Assembly (NCBI RefSeq): GCF_018977255.1
Contig: NW_024704742.1
Location: 96,660,001 to 96,724,000, forward strand
Length of the DNA stretch: 64,000 nucleotides
DNA from: Callorhinchus milii
Lineage: Eukaryota
Reading direction: 5' to 3'
Position numbers and translations under genes: made by a program. Within the stretch, counting starts at the first letter, position 1, and each line of letters begins with the position of its first letter. Shown one piece after another: positions 1-11,705 of this stretch. Below the pieces are notes generated by a model. It was not told the origin of the DNA. It saw only the letters and a list, made by a program, of their open reading frames with translations, and searched no databases.

Positions 1-722
1 GAATGCCTGTTTACAAACATTCAGCCAGGAATAGCCAAGGAAACAAGAATCCAAATGCATTTTTTGTATTTTAAGCAAAGTTGGTAAAGAGTCACAGTTG
101 AGCTTTCATTTTTATATATAACAACAAAAGGCAACAACTTGCATATACATAGCATCCCTCACACTTATAAATATCAGAGCTTTTGTGAAAAATTAAGTTC
201 TGGAAAGAGTTGCAATTAACAGAGAAATCGCAGAGTTGTGGTGAGGAAAGTTAAACTGCTTGGTTCTAAATGGCCTAAGGATTGTTTTTTGTTGTTGCAC
301 AACATGCTGATGCAGAGCTCAATCATACAATGGCATTTTCACAATGCAAGTGCTGTTAGCGCACATGTTGATAGACAGCGCTCTGAAGTTCTGAATTTCA
401 ACTTTACCCAGCAGCAGCAATGTCTTTTCAAGAATAATTTCCTTCTAATATTATCCTCCATTTCCTCTGTTCATGTTTTCTGGCCCAAACGCCATGGAAA
501 AACATATTTACTAGAAACTTTTGTTGCTGAATGATAAAGATGTGAACCATAGAAATGGACAGAATTCCATCCCCTTTGCCATTCAGAAAATTCTCTTAGA
601 AAATGCACTCAAGAGGTGTGTATGGGATCACTACAAAGCAATCTCCATTCATAGGAATCTTTTTGGAAATTAAACTACCAAAACTGCATTGTATGCATTT
701 TATTTTTAAAAATAATTATATA

Positions 723-875
723 ATATAATAATCCTTGCATTTGATCACATCTTCGAGACGTCTCAAAGCACTTTACAGAATATACTGTGAAGTGAATTGA
801 CTGTATATTTTGTGGGCGGAACGCGGCAGCAGCAGTGTCCCACAAATAGTCATGGATTGAGTGACCAATTTATTA
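723..875 (-). mobile_element. SINE family A, 3' fragment (Deu part + L2-like tail)
   Basis: Reverse complement of the shared tail AATCCTTGCATTTGAT...GTGAATTGACTGTATATTT...GTCCCACAAA seen in full copies. Confidence 0.85.
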
Positions 876-947
876 GCACATACATTCTTCTATAGGTTTC
901 AAAGAATTCAAGGCATAATATCATAGCATTCGATAAAAATAGTGTTA

Positions 948-1322
948 CAGTAAATTCCTGATAACTCCTGACTCCAAGGGAGAAGAGCTCAGCAACTGGT
1001 TATCCAAAGGTCAGGGATAGGGCCTTCCCAGGTCACGATAGGTCAGAGGCATGTAATCTGAGCATTTACGCTCTACCTCCACTGAGCACCAGCACTAATC
1101 ACAGGATAGGACGGAAGGCCTCTACAACTGGTTATCCAATCAATTTTACATTGCTTTTACCAACAAGAATTTCTAGAATGTACCAGTTATGAGTTAATTG
1201 GATGGAAAAGTAAATTCAGAATCCCTTCGTAACATTTTGCATGGGAAGCAACCGGGATATTGACACCATGGCTACTTAAGTGGTAGTGACAAGTTAAGTG
1301 TCTTGTTATCATGAGTTTACTG
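948..1322. mobile_element. Tc1/mariner (pogo/Tigger-like) MITE
   Basis: TIRs CAGTAAATTCCTGATAAC (948-965) and GTTATCATGAGTTTACTG (1305-1322) match at 16/18; flanked by TA at 946-947 and 1323-1324. Confidence 0.75.
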
Positions 1323-1344
1323 TATATTCATCAGTTACTGAATA

Positions 1345-2458
1345 AAATTGGTTTGTATCGCTGTAAGCAGCTGCTGCTCAAGCTTTGCATCTCCAACTAG
1401 TGGAATCATCGCTCAATAGGAAGGATGTCTGGCCAAGCTGCAGACAGGATGATGGTGGCAATGCTCTCATGCATTTCATGTTGAGTTTGCAGAGAATTCC
1501 TGGTACCTGCCACCCACCTAGCAAGAGTTCAAACCCATGCTTGTCAGATGTCAAATGGCCAACTGCTTACAACCCTCCTTGCAGAGGAAGGTAAGCAGGG
1601 TCTCCTTGGAGCTGAACTGGCTCAAAGGTGACATATTTGGCAATGGAATGTCGGAATTGAGCCAACCCTCTGTGGCGGTCTTCATGGTCAGTTCCTGAGC
1701 CAGGTAGATGGGCAGTATTCCAGGGCACGGCAGATGACAGCATAGCCAGACTGGCTCATCAGCTCCCATTGACCCTTATAGGTCAAGCCAAGGCCCTAAT
1801 GGGTAGGGTGGTTCTAGCTGGAGAAGCAGCAGGAAAGCTTGCCAGACAGCGGCTTCATTGGCAAGCTAGGCGGTATTAGCTACTTGTACTTCAGCAGTAC
1901 CCCCAATACACGCTCTGGGGTCCCTAAGCCTTGGCTCTTGCCAACCTGAATCAAGTAATAATAATAATAATAATAATCCTTGCATTTGATATAGCGCTTT
2001 TCACGTCAGGAGGACGTCCCAAAGCGCTTCACAGAACACACTGTAAAGTGAATTGACTGTATATTTGTGGGCGAACGCGGCAGCCAATTGCGCACAGCAA
2101 TGTCCCACAAACAGTCGTAGATTGAAAATGACCAATTTAATTATTGTTTTTGGTTTTGGAGGGATTATTATTAGGAGTGTGGAGTAAGGAAACTTGCCCA
2201 AGGTTTCGCCCTGCCTGGAATTGAACTCAGGTCTCTCACTTGCAAAGCGAGTGCTCTAACCACTGAGCTACAGGACTCCACAAAGTACTCTCTGGAATTA
2301 GGTAAGCAGGATGCGTCACTCCAGGGAGAGTATGTATATTCTATTCCAATAAACATCTCTGGAATTTCCATGTATAGATGGGATGCATGGAACTCTCAAT
2401 TTGGTTTGCATACTCTGAGTTTCCACACGTGTTAGACACTTAGCTGTCCAAATAAAAA
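1345..2458 (+). mobile_element. Unidentified long non-coding interspersed element (family X), copy 1, interrupted by SINE A
   Basis: Colinear similarity to 28292-28656, 33210-33515(-), 47381-47568 and 60712-61398; ends ...AGCTGTCCAAATAAAA. Confidence 0.75.
1956..2281 (-). mobile_element. SINE family A, full-length, young short subfamily
   Basis: On minus: GTGGAGTCCTGTAGCTCAGTGGTTAGAGCACTCGCTTTGCAAGTGAGAGACCTGAGTTCAATTCC (A/B boxes, TGC anticodon arm), Deu-like GTGGGACATTGCTGTGCGCAATTGGCTGCCGCG, L2-like tail, (TTA)n end. Confidence 0.95.
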
Positions 2459-3434
2459 CCTCACAGTTTGTGCCTTGCACCAAAGCAGCTACTATATTTC
2501 ATAACTTAAGATGCCTGGTGCAATGTATCATATTATGAGCACTGTATTACTATTATTGAAATGCAGAGACCAAACAAAGAAACACTCAGAATATTGCTTT
2601 AACAATGGCATTGAGTAGAATGCAAAATGCCATATTTACCCCTGAGTGTAGAAATGCTACTTCAGTACTTGAATGGTCAATATAAAAGTCAAATTCATTA
2701 TAATTTGTAACCTTCCTTGAGAAGGAAAAAAAACCTCCACTGTCCCCTGTACATCAATATCAACTCTTAAATCCTTCAGATATAGACTGTACCGCAGAGT
2801 AATTCAATCTTTTTTTTACGTTTAATACGGTCAGGAAGTGAGAATGAAAACAGCCTCTTGTAAAGTGATGGAAAAATAGGATGCAATCATTCTGAAGGAG
2901 CTGAGGAAAGCAGTCATCTAACAGAGGCTGTCACCATGGAAACAAAATATAGGGGACAATGTACATCTAACAGGTGACATTTTACTTGAGAAATTGCTTT
3001 TTTGAAATTATATACCTATAAAAAAATTGAGATGCAAAAAAGACGCACAGTTACAGGCACTATAAATTGTCACATACTATAGGTCAATATGATGTTGCTG
3101 ACAGTGCCATCAAGGGACAAATATGAACTGTATCCCATAGTGTTTTAGCCTTACTGCAAAGCGCATTTATAAATTAATTTTTATGGAGACGCTGATCCTT
3201 TTGTTCTCCTTCACGATCCGTGTTTTAAAACTGTCAGAAAATAAAATACACTGATCATTTCTTTTAATATACCCTGATGACCTTTAGAAGATCTTCCTTT
3301 TAGTATCCATCAGATAAAATTAAAGAACACGTTAAACTCGAATCCAAACCTTTTCCTCACAAAGCTCCTGGCATTTCAAATTTGTTTATTGAAAATATGA
3401 CTGCAATACTGCTGAACTTCAGATGTATTCCTTT

Positions 3435-3680
3435 TCACTCCTCTCTTTAACTCTCCTCTCCTGAAGGTGACAATTCAAAGTGAGTTATGTCTCTGTGGAT
3501 AGCAGCAGCCATCTGATAACACATGACTACTCTTCATGTGCCTTAGGACGTCCTCCTGACGTGAAAGGCGCTATACAAATGTAACTTGTTGTTGTGTGAG
3601 CCCAGCCAGTTGCTGTCCGTCCCAACCAAGTCCAAACTTGTCCTCACCCAACATTTACACTCACATACTTCATGGCAACA
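3435..3680 (-). mobile_element. Older SINE family B fragment with a ~55-bp L2 tail inserted at 3541-3595
   Basis: CTCCTCTCCTGAAGG...CTTCATGTG|...|TGTGAGCC...TGTCCTCACCC body split by GGACGTCCTCCTGACGTGAAAGGCGCTATA...(TTG)n; link to family B rests on my recollection of the family body. Confidence 0.5.
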
Positions 3681-3960
3681 ATGACTGTTTACAATATTAA
3701 TTCTAACTATGATTACTTTTCAATTTTAACGTGACTTAAAAGTTTTTTATATTTATAAAACTTTTTTTATATCACCATAAATTAGGGTATACCCTGTGAT
3801 ATTTCTATCCTGTGATAAGACATTATACCAAACCCAAGTATTATTATATGATTATTATTATTAGGTTTAAAAAATAAAAGAGTAAAATATTTTTTAAAAA
3901 GTATTCCACCAAAAAGTAATTCTATTTTCATTATTATACTTACTGAAGAATTTACTGAGC

Positions 3961-4277
3961 TAATAATAATCCTTGCTTTTGATATAATACTTTTCACGTC
4001 TTCTGGACATCTCAAAGCGCTTCACAGAATATACTGTAAAGTGAATTGACTATATTTGTGGGCGAAACGCAGCAGCCAATTGCACACAACAGTGTCCCAC
4101 AAACAGTTGTGGATTGAAGTGACCAATTTATTATTTATTTATTTATTTATTTTTCTTGGGGATTATTATCAGGTGTGTGGAGTAAGGAAATTTGCCCAAG
4201 GTTTTGCCCTGCCAGGAATTGAACCCAGGTCTCTTGCTTGCGAGGCGAGTGCTCTAACCACTGAGCTACAAGACTCC
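3961..4277 (-). mobile_element. SINE family A, full-length
   Basis: Same head, Deu part and tail as 1956-2281. Confidence 0.95.
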
Positions 4278-4435
4278 TTGAGATATCAAGTTGTCCTATC
4301 ATTTGGAACAAATCAAAGACTATGCATCTCAATAAACACTAAAATAATGATACTCTATTGCGGATCATCTATTATCATTAAAGGGGAAACAAGATGAATT
4401 GGTTAGAGATTGAGTTCTCTTCTATATTGACTCCA

Positions 4436-4612
4436 GGCCTGAAATTCCCCAGTCTTAAAATCGTCAAGATTTAGGGAAATTTCTTTATTTCAGACTAAAT
4501 TTGGAAACCCAACAGGTGTTCAAATTAAAAGAAATTCTTTAATTAAGTCTTAATTTGAAAGCCTGTTGGGTTTCCAAGTTAAGACTAAATTGAAGAATTT
4601 TCCACAATTCTG
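4436..4612. mobile_element. Palindromic MITE-like remnant
   Basis: Perfect 16-bp inverted repeat TTGGAAACCCAACAGG (4501-4516)/CCTGTTGGGTTTCCAA (4562-4577) with inner TTCAAATTAA/TTAATTTGAA. Confidence 0.55.
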
Positions 4613-5406
4613 TGCTATTTTAAATTTAAAACAAAATATATTACAAGCTATATGAAATTTCACACATTCAGGTGAAAAATACAATGTGATTCATAATTAT
4701 CTTCAGTGATTATTATCACATTATCACATCACATACAACATTTGATTAAATTATTGGATGTGTGTATTGCAGACAGTATATTGATCAAATGCCATCCGTT
4801 TTACATTGAATGATAGAGGCAGTGATGATGATAATGGCGATAATCTCAACATTAAATTATTTGAATCAAACAATCCTCCATAGCATTGCTCAATGGATTA
4901 TTTGGAAAATACAGTGTAACACAATAAAAAAAAATGTAATTTGAGTAAATAAGCGACCAGATCTCATATAATAATCCTTGAGTTTGATATAATATTTGCA
5001 TTTGACAAAGCACCTTATCATGTCATCAAAACACCTCGAAGCACAGTATTTCACAATAAAATATCATTTGTAGGCAAATATGGCAGTCAATTTACACACA
5101 GCAAAGTCCCACACACAGCCATGAAGTAAATGATCCATTTTGATCTGGAGGATAACAGAGGAAAAAAATGAAGAGTATTTTGAGACTCCTAGCCCCAGAC
5201 AACTACCACCTAGTTTATCAGTTCTGCAACAAGCTGGCTGGTTAGGAGTGAAGATCACAAAAATCTAAATTTAAAAATTGATACTGAAGATGATAAAGAT
5301 TATTCCTCCCCCCCTTCACCCACCACCACCCTTTTTAAGTCAACTGGGGAGAATATCTCCCCAAGATTATTTGCATAGTTGGTGAAGGTAAATTCAATGT
5401 GAGTAT

Positions 5407-5775
5407 TAATAATAATCCTTTTATTTGATTTAGCACTTTATCACATCATTGAGACGTCTCAAAACACTTCACAGGATATATTGTAAAGTGCTGTGACTTG
5501 CGTATTTTGTGGGCAAACAGGGCAGACAATTTACATACACAAATTTCCCACAAACAGCTATCAAGTGAGAGATCAATTTTACTTGTGGGATTGTGACCAG
5601 GACATCAGGAGAAACCCAATGTGGGAAACAAATAAATGTGGGGTTTGAGACCACAACCTTCTGACTCAGAGTAATAATAATCCTTATATTTGATATTGTA
5701 CCTTTCATGCTGGGAGAATGTCTCAAAGTGCTTCACAGGATATACTGTAAAGTGGAGTGACTGTGTGTTTTGTGG
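5407..5775 (-). mobile_element. Older Deu-type SINE remnants (two tails)
   Basis: Diverged tail and Deu sequence plus head remnant CCACAACCTTCTGACTCAGAG. Confidence 0.7.
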
Positions 5776-5979
5776 TAGTTTCCGCTGTGGTATCTGATTA
5801 AAAATTGTTATAGACACAAATTAAATAAGTAACTTTGAAGTCAGGTCACAATCCTAATGTGGAATTTTTGTTTATTGGGAAGAAATATATTTTTATATAT
5901 TAAGTTAGGAAAAATTTTTCTTTTAGGAAATAAATATATTAAATTTTCACATAAACCTAAATGTTTTCAAGTCCAATAT

Positions 5980-6392
5980 CTTTTGTAGTCTTTCCAAAGG
6001 TTATAGGCCATAAGGATCATCTATAAACTCATAAACCTAGTACCTCTCTATCTCTGGGACCTTCTCCAACCACACTCTGCTTGTCCCATCTGTTTGGTTA
6101 GCCTGGGCCTGTTACACATCTCCTACCCACTCTGTACCACCATCGGGGGCTAGGACTTCAGGTACTACATCCCTACCCTCTGCAACTTTCTTCCTCCATC
6201 CCTCCATCTTTCTCCTTCTCTATCTTAAAATCTTGCCTTAAAACCTACCTCTTTGACCATTCAATCTCACTTCCTCCTTCCTCTTCCCTCCTACCCCTTC
6301 TCCCTTGCTTGCCATCCGGCCCCAGCCTTGTATAGTGCTCGGAGACATTATCCTACTTGTAGGACATTATATGAATGCAAGCTGTTGTTGTT
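5980..6392 (+). mobile_element. L2 LINE 3' fragment
   Basis: C/T-rich L2 3' region (CTTAAAACCTACCTCTTTGACC) ending GCAAGCTGTTGTTG. Confidence 0.75.
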
Positions 6393-7489
6393 CACTTTAT
6401 CACTGAAATTTCATCATCGACGTCAGAGCATCACCTCTGTATATACAGTTTCAGACACCAGAGAAACTAACCAAAGGAATCTCTTTATGCTTTGTAAGAC
6501 TTGATGACAGATTGTACACCTTTCAATCTTTTTGAGCTTTAGTTCCCCACACACTGACACTCTCGTAAAATATATCAGTACCATCCACAAAGACTACTTA
6601 TCTGTCTGAGAAGAGAACTGCACTTTTGTGATAGATAAAAAAAGAGGACCCAAAATTATATACCATTTCACATTCCTCTGTCCATTCCATTATTCCTATG
6701 TACATAGCCATCCAGAGTAAATCTGTAAAAAAAAATTTTTTGCTTTCAATGTCGTTTGTGCAAAGGCAATTAGAAAAGAGGATCTAGATTGTTCTGATGA
6801 ATGGCATCCTTGGACCCTGTAATCTGTATGCAATTTTGTTCTAGTCTTTATCTGCCTGTTTCCTTCCGAGTGGGTCATTTGTGCAATGAATGGGTTCGAG
6901 CAAGTACATTTTTAAAACTGTGGCATGGCACTTGTTGAGAAGAGATTCCTCAATAGGATGACTTCTGAAGAGAGCGGAATTCTGATTTTTTGTGATGTGA
7001 AGCAGGTAATGGATTGAATCCCACCAAAAGCTTTGCCCTTGTTCACTTCTCAGCAAAGCTGAGAAAGTGTGGTCATCTCAGTATTAAATAACATATGGAA
7101 GAAGGTAGGAATACAGTAGCATCCTAACTAACTTACGATACGGTCACTACAACAACAACTTGAATTTAAATAACATCCTTCAAGAAGGATAGTGTCTTAG
7201 AGCACTGCACTGAACACTTACATTATAAATTTTGTGACCCACTTTGAGACATTTTGACAATGTGATGAGGCGCTATATCAACTAAAAGCAATATTATTAT
7301 TATTAGCATTATTATTTATTTAACTTGTAAGTGAAGAAACAACTCTTTGCTCTATATAAAATAGATATGATTATAAAGCAAGTTAGTTTCTATAGAGCAA
7401 TGTTTTCCCAAATAACCTATTTGAGTGAATAAACTTAACCTTATACAGGCTGTTTCAACTTGTTCAGAATAGTAGAACCAGATGACACG

Positions 7490-7760
7490 GCCTGCGATTG
7501 AAGGGGGGTAAATTCAGAACAAATCTACGCAAACACTATTTGAGTGAGCGAATAGTGAACCTGTGGAACAGGCTCCCTAGGGAGATGGTTGAAGCAGGAA
7601 GTATTGATTCTTTCAAACACAGATTAGTTTTCTTTTAGCAAATAACATTATGGTATATAGTACAAGTAGTTTGGGACATATGTGCATGGAACTGCCAGGA
7701 AGGTGGAAGGCAAACTAGATAGACTTTTTTTTGTTGTTTAGCAGTTCTTATGTTCTTAAG
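7490..7760 (+). mobile_element. CR1 LINE 3' fragment
   Basis: GAGCGAATAGTGAACCTGTGGAACAGGCTCCC (RVVNLWN-like) and TTCTTATGTTCTTA terminus. Confidence 0.7.
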
Positions 7761-9424
7761 ATCTGTCTCCCAGAGTAAAAATATTCCTTGAGAAAAAGAC
7801 AAACACAAATCTATAAAAAGGACACAAATCAGGGTATGTAATGAATTGTTTTCATTATTTTAATGTAATTTGAAGGCTAAACAGATATTTCAAATCCTCA
7901 ATAAATTAAGGTGTAGTTTGTTTTAAAAACAATGAGAAAATAATAATAATTCCTCCTTTTGATTTGGCAATGTTTCATTTTGGAAAGTTGCCTCAAAGTA
8001 CTTCATAGGATTTACTGTAAAGTGTGGTAACTTTATTTTATAGCTGAACTCCTGTATATTTTGTAGGTGAATGCCTAGACATGGGAACACACGTTCTGTT
8101 TCTAATGTTCAGAATAATTTCAGTAAATAATTAGCAAAAACTTGTCATAATTTGTGGATCCCTTTGTTGTTCCATGCCACAGACTACCTTTGTTTTTGTA
8201 CTTAATTTTGATTTTTGTTGGGAAAATGAAGTGTAGATATTGAGCTACATTCCCTCCATCCAGATGGTGATTGATTATTAAATACCATGTAGAAATTGTG
8301 GGTTAAGCACTGAGGAATTAAGACTAAGTGAATTCAGTGAACAGAGAGACGTATATTACTGTATTCAATATCTACCCATCGTGAGGAATTTGAGGGGTTA
8401 CATTAACAAGTGCTGAATTATATTCGGTAAACCAAGTCTTTATAATGGATTTTTTTACATAAAGCTGTATCAAAATATTTTAGCAATCGGTGTAAAATTG
8501 ATGGCCAAAGTCTAGATCTGAGAATTCCCAATTCACCTAACTGTTTTTTGCGGTTTGATTGAGTATCTTCTTTCCTCAGAGGAATGTTGATAATGTTTTA
8601 CAGTGACTTATATTAATATCAAGTTAAAGTACTGTGTAAAGCATAACATGGGTGTACTCAATAATAATCTTTGCATTTGCATTTTTTGGATATTTTTTGT
8701 ACTTGTAACCCTGGTGAGCCATATTTATTTTTATTTTAATAATCTACAAAATAAAAACAAAGAAAGCACAGTGGTATTTATTATGACACAAAGGAACAGC
8801 TGTAAATTAAATATTATAAAGAAAAGTTTGCAAGACCACAAGTTTTAAAATATCGTTAAATTTTCGGCACTCTGCATATTCCCAATCGCATGCAGTCCCA
8901 CAGATACAAACTTACAGAATAACACATCACTGCAAAAAAGTCAACCAGGGCAATTAGCAGAACAAAAAAATCTTGCAAAGTCAAAACAGTCTTGCAAAGT
9001 CAAAAACTGTCCTGAAAAAAAACAATAGATTCCGTTAGGATAAATAATCACAAAAACACTGACTACTTTGATCATTCAAGGCAGCTTCAATCTCATTTCT
9101 AATGTTTTCTTATTAAAGTAATTCTTCAGTTCTATTCTGCTTTTCCATTTCCCAAAGTAGATTTGTCACGCTTAGCGTGATTTGCTTGTTTGTTTTAGTA
9201 ATTGCTCGTGAGGAGGCAGGTGGAAATAATGGGGTGAAAATCGTGATGTTTCTTAATAGATTTTGGTGCGTTATTGAATCAGTTAACAAACACTTTTAAG
9301 CAATTTCCAGTCGATATATATAAGAGCTTGCAATGTGGGTGAAGCACTCCTCAACTTTGGAACTATAATTGGGTCCGAAGCTAGTCTGAAGATTTCCGAG
9401 TTGCCATTATAGTCCTCTTTCTAA

Positions 9425-9570
9425 CAGGTCACTGGAGAGCAATCAGGAGCCCACTTCTGGTTATTCTCCTCCATGACTCAGGGACATTGTGGCCAATCGT
9501 AGTAACATCTTGGGCGATATCAGCTAAGTCAACACAGGGATTGAATGTGAGGTCTGTATGGCTCAAAACC
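9425..9570 (-). mobile_element. Older SINE family B fragment
   Basis: GGTCACTGG...GATATCAGCTAAGTCAACACAG...GTCTGTATGGCTC is a diverged reverse complement of 43975-44150. Confidence 0.6.
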
Positions 9571-10498
9571 CCATTGGATAGGAATCTGTCAAGTGAGTTG
9601 TCAGTTGGTTCCCAAAAATGAACTTGTAAAGGGAAAGTTGAGTTCCAGCAGCAGTAATACTGAATTGAGCAAATGTGGATGTGACTCAGTTCCTTAGCCT
9701 GGTTCATCACTCTCTATCATAATAGCTTCTGCATTGTGTGCTGGATCTTTCGTCTTCTTTACCATGACCAGGGTAATTGCCTGATTCAATGATTCTGCAT
9801 AGCTTCTTTATAAACCTTTGAGAGTCATAAATTGAAAGCTTAAATCTTTGTAAAATTCTGCTGGCAACCCATATCGCCCTGGTGTTTTCCCAGAGGAAAA
9901 ACTTGAATTGCTTTTTGTAATTTCTAGAACTGAAGCTGGTCTAGCTTTTTTTTATATTCAGACAGGATATTTTTTGATTGATTGCTTCAAAGAACCATCT
10001 TCCATTCAGCATTCTGAGCCATACGACTGCATTATGCATTTAAATGCATTATTAATTTCAGGCACTTCTATTACTGTTTCCCCTCCTTTTTCCATGCTCA
10101 CAATAATATTTGAGGTTTCAAATCTTTTCAACTGCCAGACATGTAGTCTGCCTGCTTTGTCACCGTATTCACATTAATAAGCTTTTGCTCTGTTAAAAAA
10201 AGACAGTGTTTCATTCAACCTTCCTCTTCATAACAAAATGCAACAATTGCTGTGAAGGGCTCTCTATTATATTGCTTTTACAGTCTGTTTGTCTTTTCCT
10301 ATTCGCCGATTTTCATGTTTTAAAAAAAATGGAATGATCATCCAGGTGGAGAAGGTGGGCATGTGATTATTGTATTAGCTTTGAAATTGTCTAATCTATT
10401 CCCAAAGCTATAGCGATATCCAATATGGCAGTAATATGTGAGTCCAAGTTAGTTAAGGGTTTTGAAGATCAGAGAGTTTAAGACCATTTTATAGCTAT

Positions 10499-10873
10499 TA
10501 TAATCCTTGCATTTGATATTGTGCCTTAGCACGTCTTCGAGTTGTCTTAAAGCGCTTCACAGAATATACTGTAAAGTGAATTGACTATATATTTTGTGGG
10601 CGAAACACGGTAGTCAATTGTGTATAGCAGTGTCCCACAAACAGTTGCGGATTGAGTGACCAAATTATTGTTATTATTTTAAAAATTTTGAAGGGATTAT
10701 TAACCCTGGAAAAGTGATCTGCCAATTGACTAACAACTTGGTTCCTACTTACTGATAGGTAAACAGAGGCATGTGGAGTAAGGAAACTTGCCCACCATTT
10801 CACCCTGCCCAGGAATCAAACCCAGGTCCTGTCGCTTGTGAAGCGAGTGCTCTAACCACTAAGCTACAGGACT
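10499..10873 (-). mobile_element. SINE family A, long subfamily
   Basis: Carries the extra segment (rc GCCTCTGTTTACCTATCAGTAAGTAGGAACC...) that short copies lack. Confidence 0.9.
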
Positions 10874-11519
10874 TAATATTATGGCATTGGAAAAGTTGTG
10901 GCAGACAGCAACCCACCACAATATGGAGGCTGACAGTTGCATGGTTTGGTTCCCTTTAACACAGCAATGATCATTAACCTGTAGTATTTAATGTGCTTCA
11001 TCCAAAAGCAATGAGCCACACACAAATTCAAGGATTTGCAGTAATAAGACCATGATGAAATTGCATCAAGCTTATTCAATATGTTGTATTTTAAGAAGGA
11101 GATTTTTTTAGAACTAGTATAGCACACCAAGTGGAAAGGTGGAAGGAAATCACCCTTGGGTTGAGAAATTGACCTATGGAAGCAAGATTTTATTTAGCAG
11201 AAATCTAAGGTTAGACTGAATATTCAGCAGTCCAAATTGTTCAATCTGTCTTGAAATGGGTGGAAGCATGTTTCTGTATCGCTATTAAGTCTGCTAAATT
11301 AACTGACTATTAGGGACAAATTCTATCTACATTGAACCAGCATTCATACAACTGGACTGAAATTCTGATCAGTGTTATATGAAACTGGTTTTGGTGATGT
11401 TGACCATCAATGGGATTTCTCCATTATAATCATGCATATCATCAACTGGAAATTCAGCCCAAAGGTTAAAATAACATGAAAGAAAAAAAAACAGGCAAAA
11501 AGAATGGTGGTTTATCTTG

Positions 11520-11705
11520 TGTAAAGGACAGTACCTCCAACAATGGAGGTGTTAAAGGTGCTGCTCGCACTATAATACCAGATGTAATACAGCACTGTTA
11601 CACTAGAGTGTCAAACTAGATTATAAATTCAAGTTCTGACATGAGGTTTAAACCCATGATACTCTGACTCAGAGACAAGAATACAAGTAACTGAGCCAAG
11701 ATGAC
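11520..11705 (-). mobile_element. Older tRNA/Deu-type SINE 5' part
   Basis: AAGGACAGTACCTCCAACAATG...CTCTGACTCAGAG...ACTGAGCC, similar to 56660-56760 and 57560-57608. Confidence 0.65.

Noticed and set aside
1636..1660. IWQWNVG reading of the conserved family X 21-mer as an AP-endonuclease start
   Set aside because: The frame does not continue with endonuclease motifs in either copy
3782..3900. COX1-like numt (IIILGFGIMS in the minus ORF)
   Set aside because: Only a short low-complexity match; flanking residues do not follow COX1, and the ORF begins inside a SINE tail
6845..7004. Plus-strand coding exon ending GCAG|GTAATG
   Set aside because: Stops in all three frames
8971..9015. Short tandem duplications (here and at 12227-12258) as CRISPR-like arrays
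   Set aside because: Only two or three adjacent units, no spacers, eukaryotic context; ordinary slippage duplications
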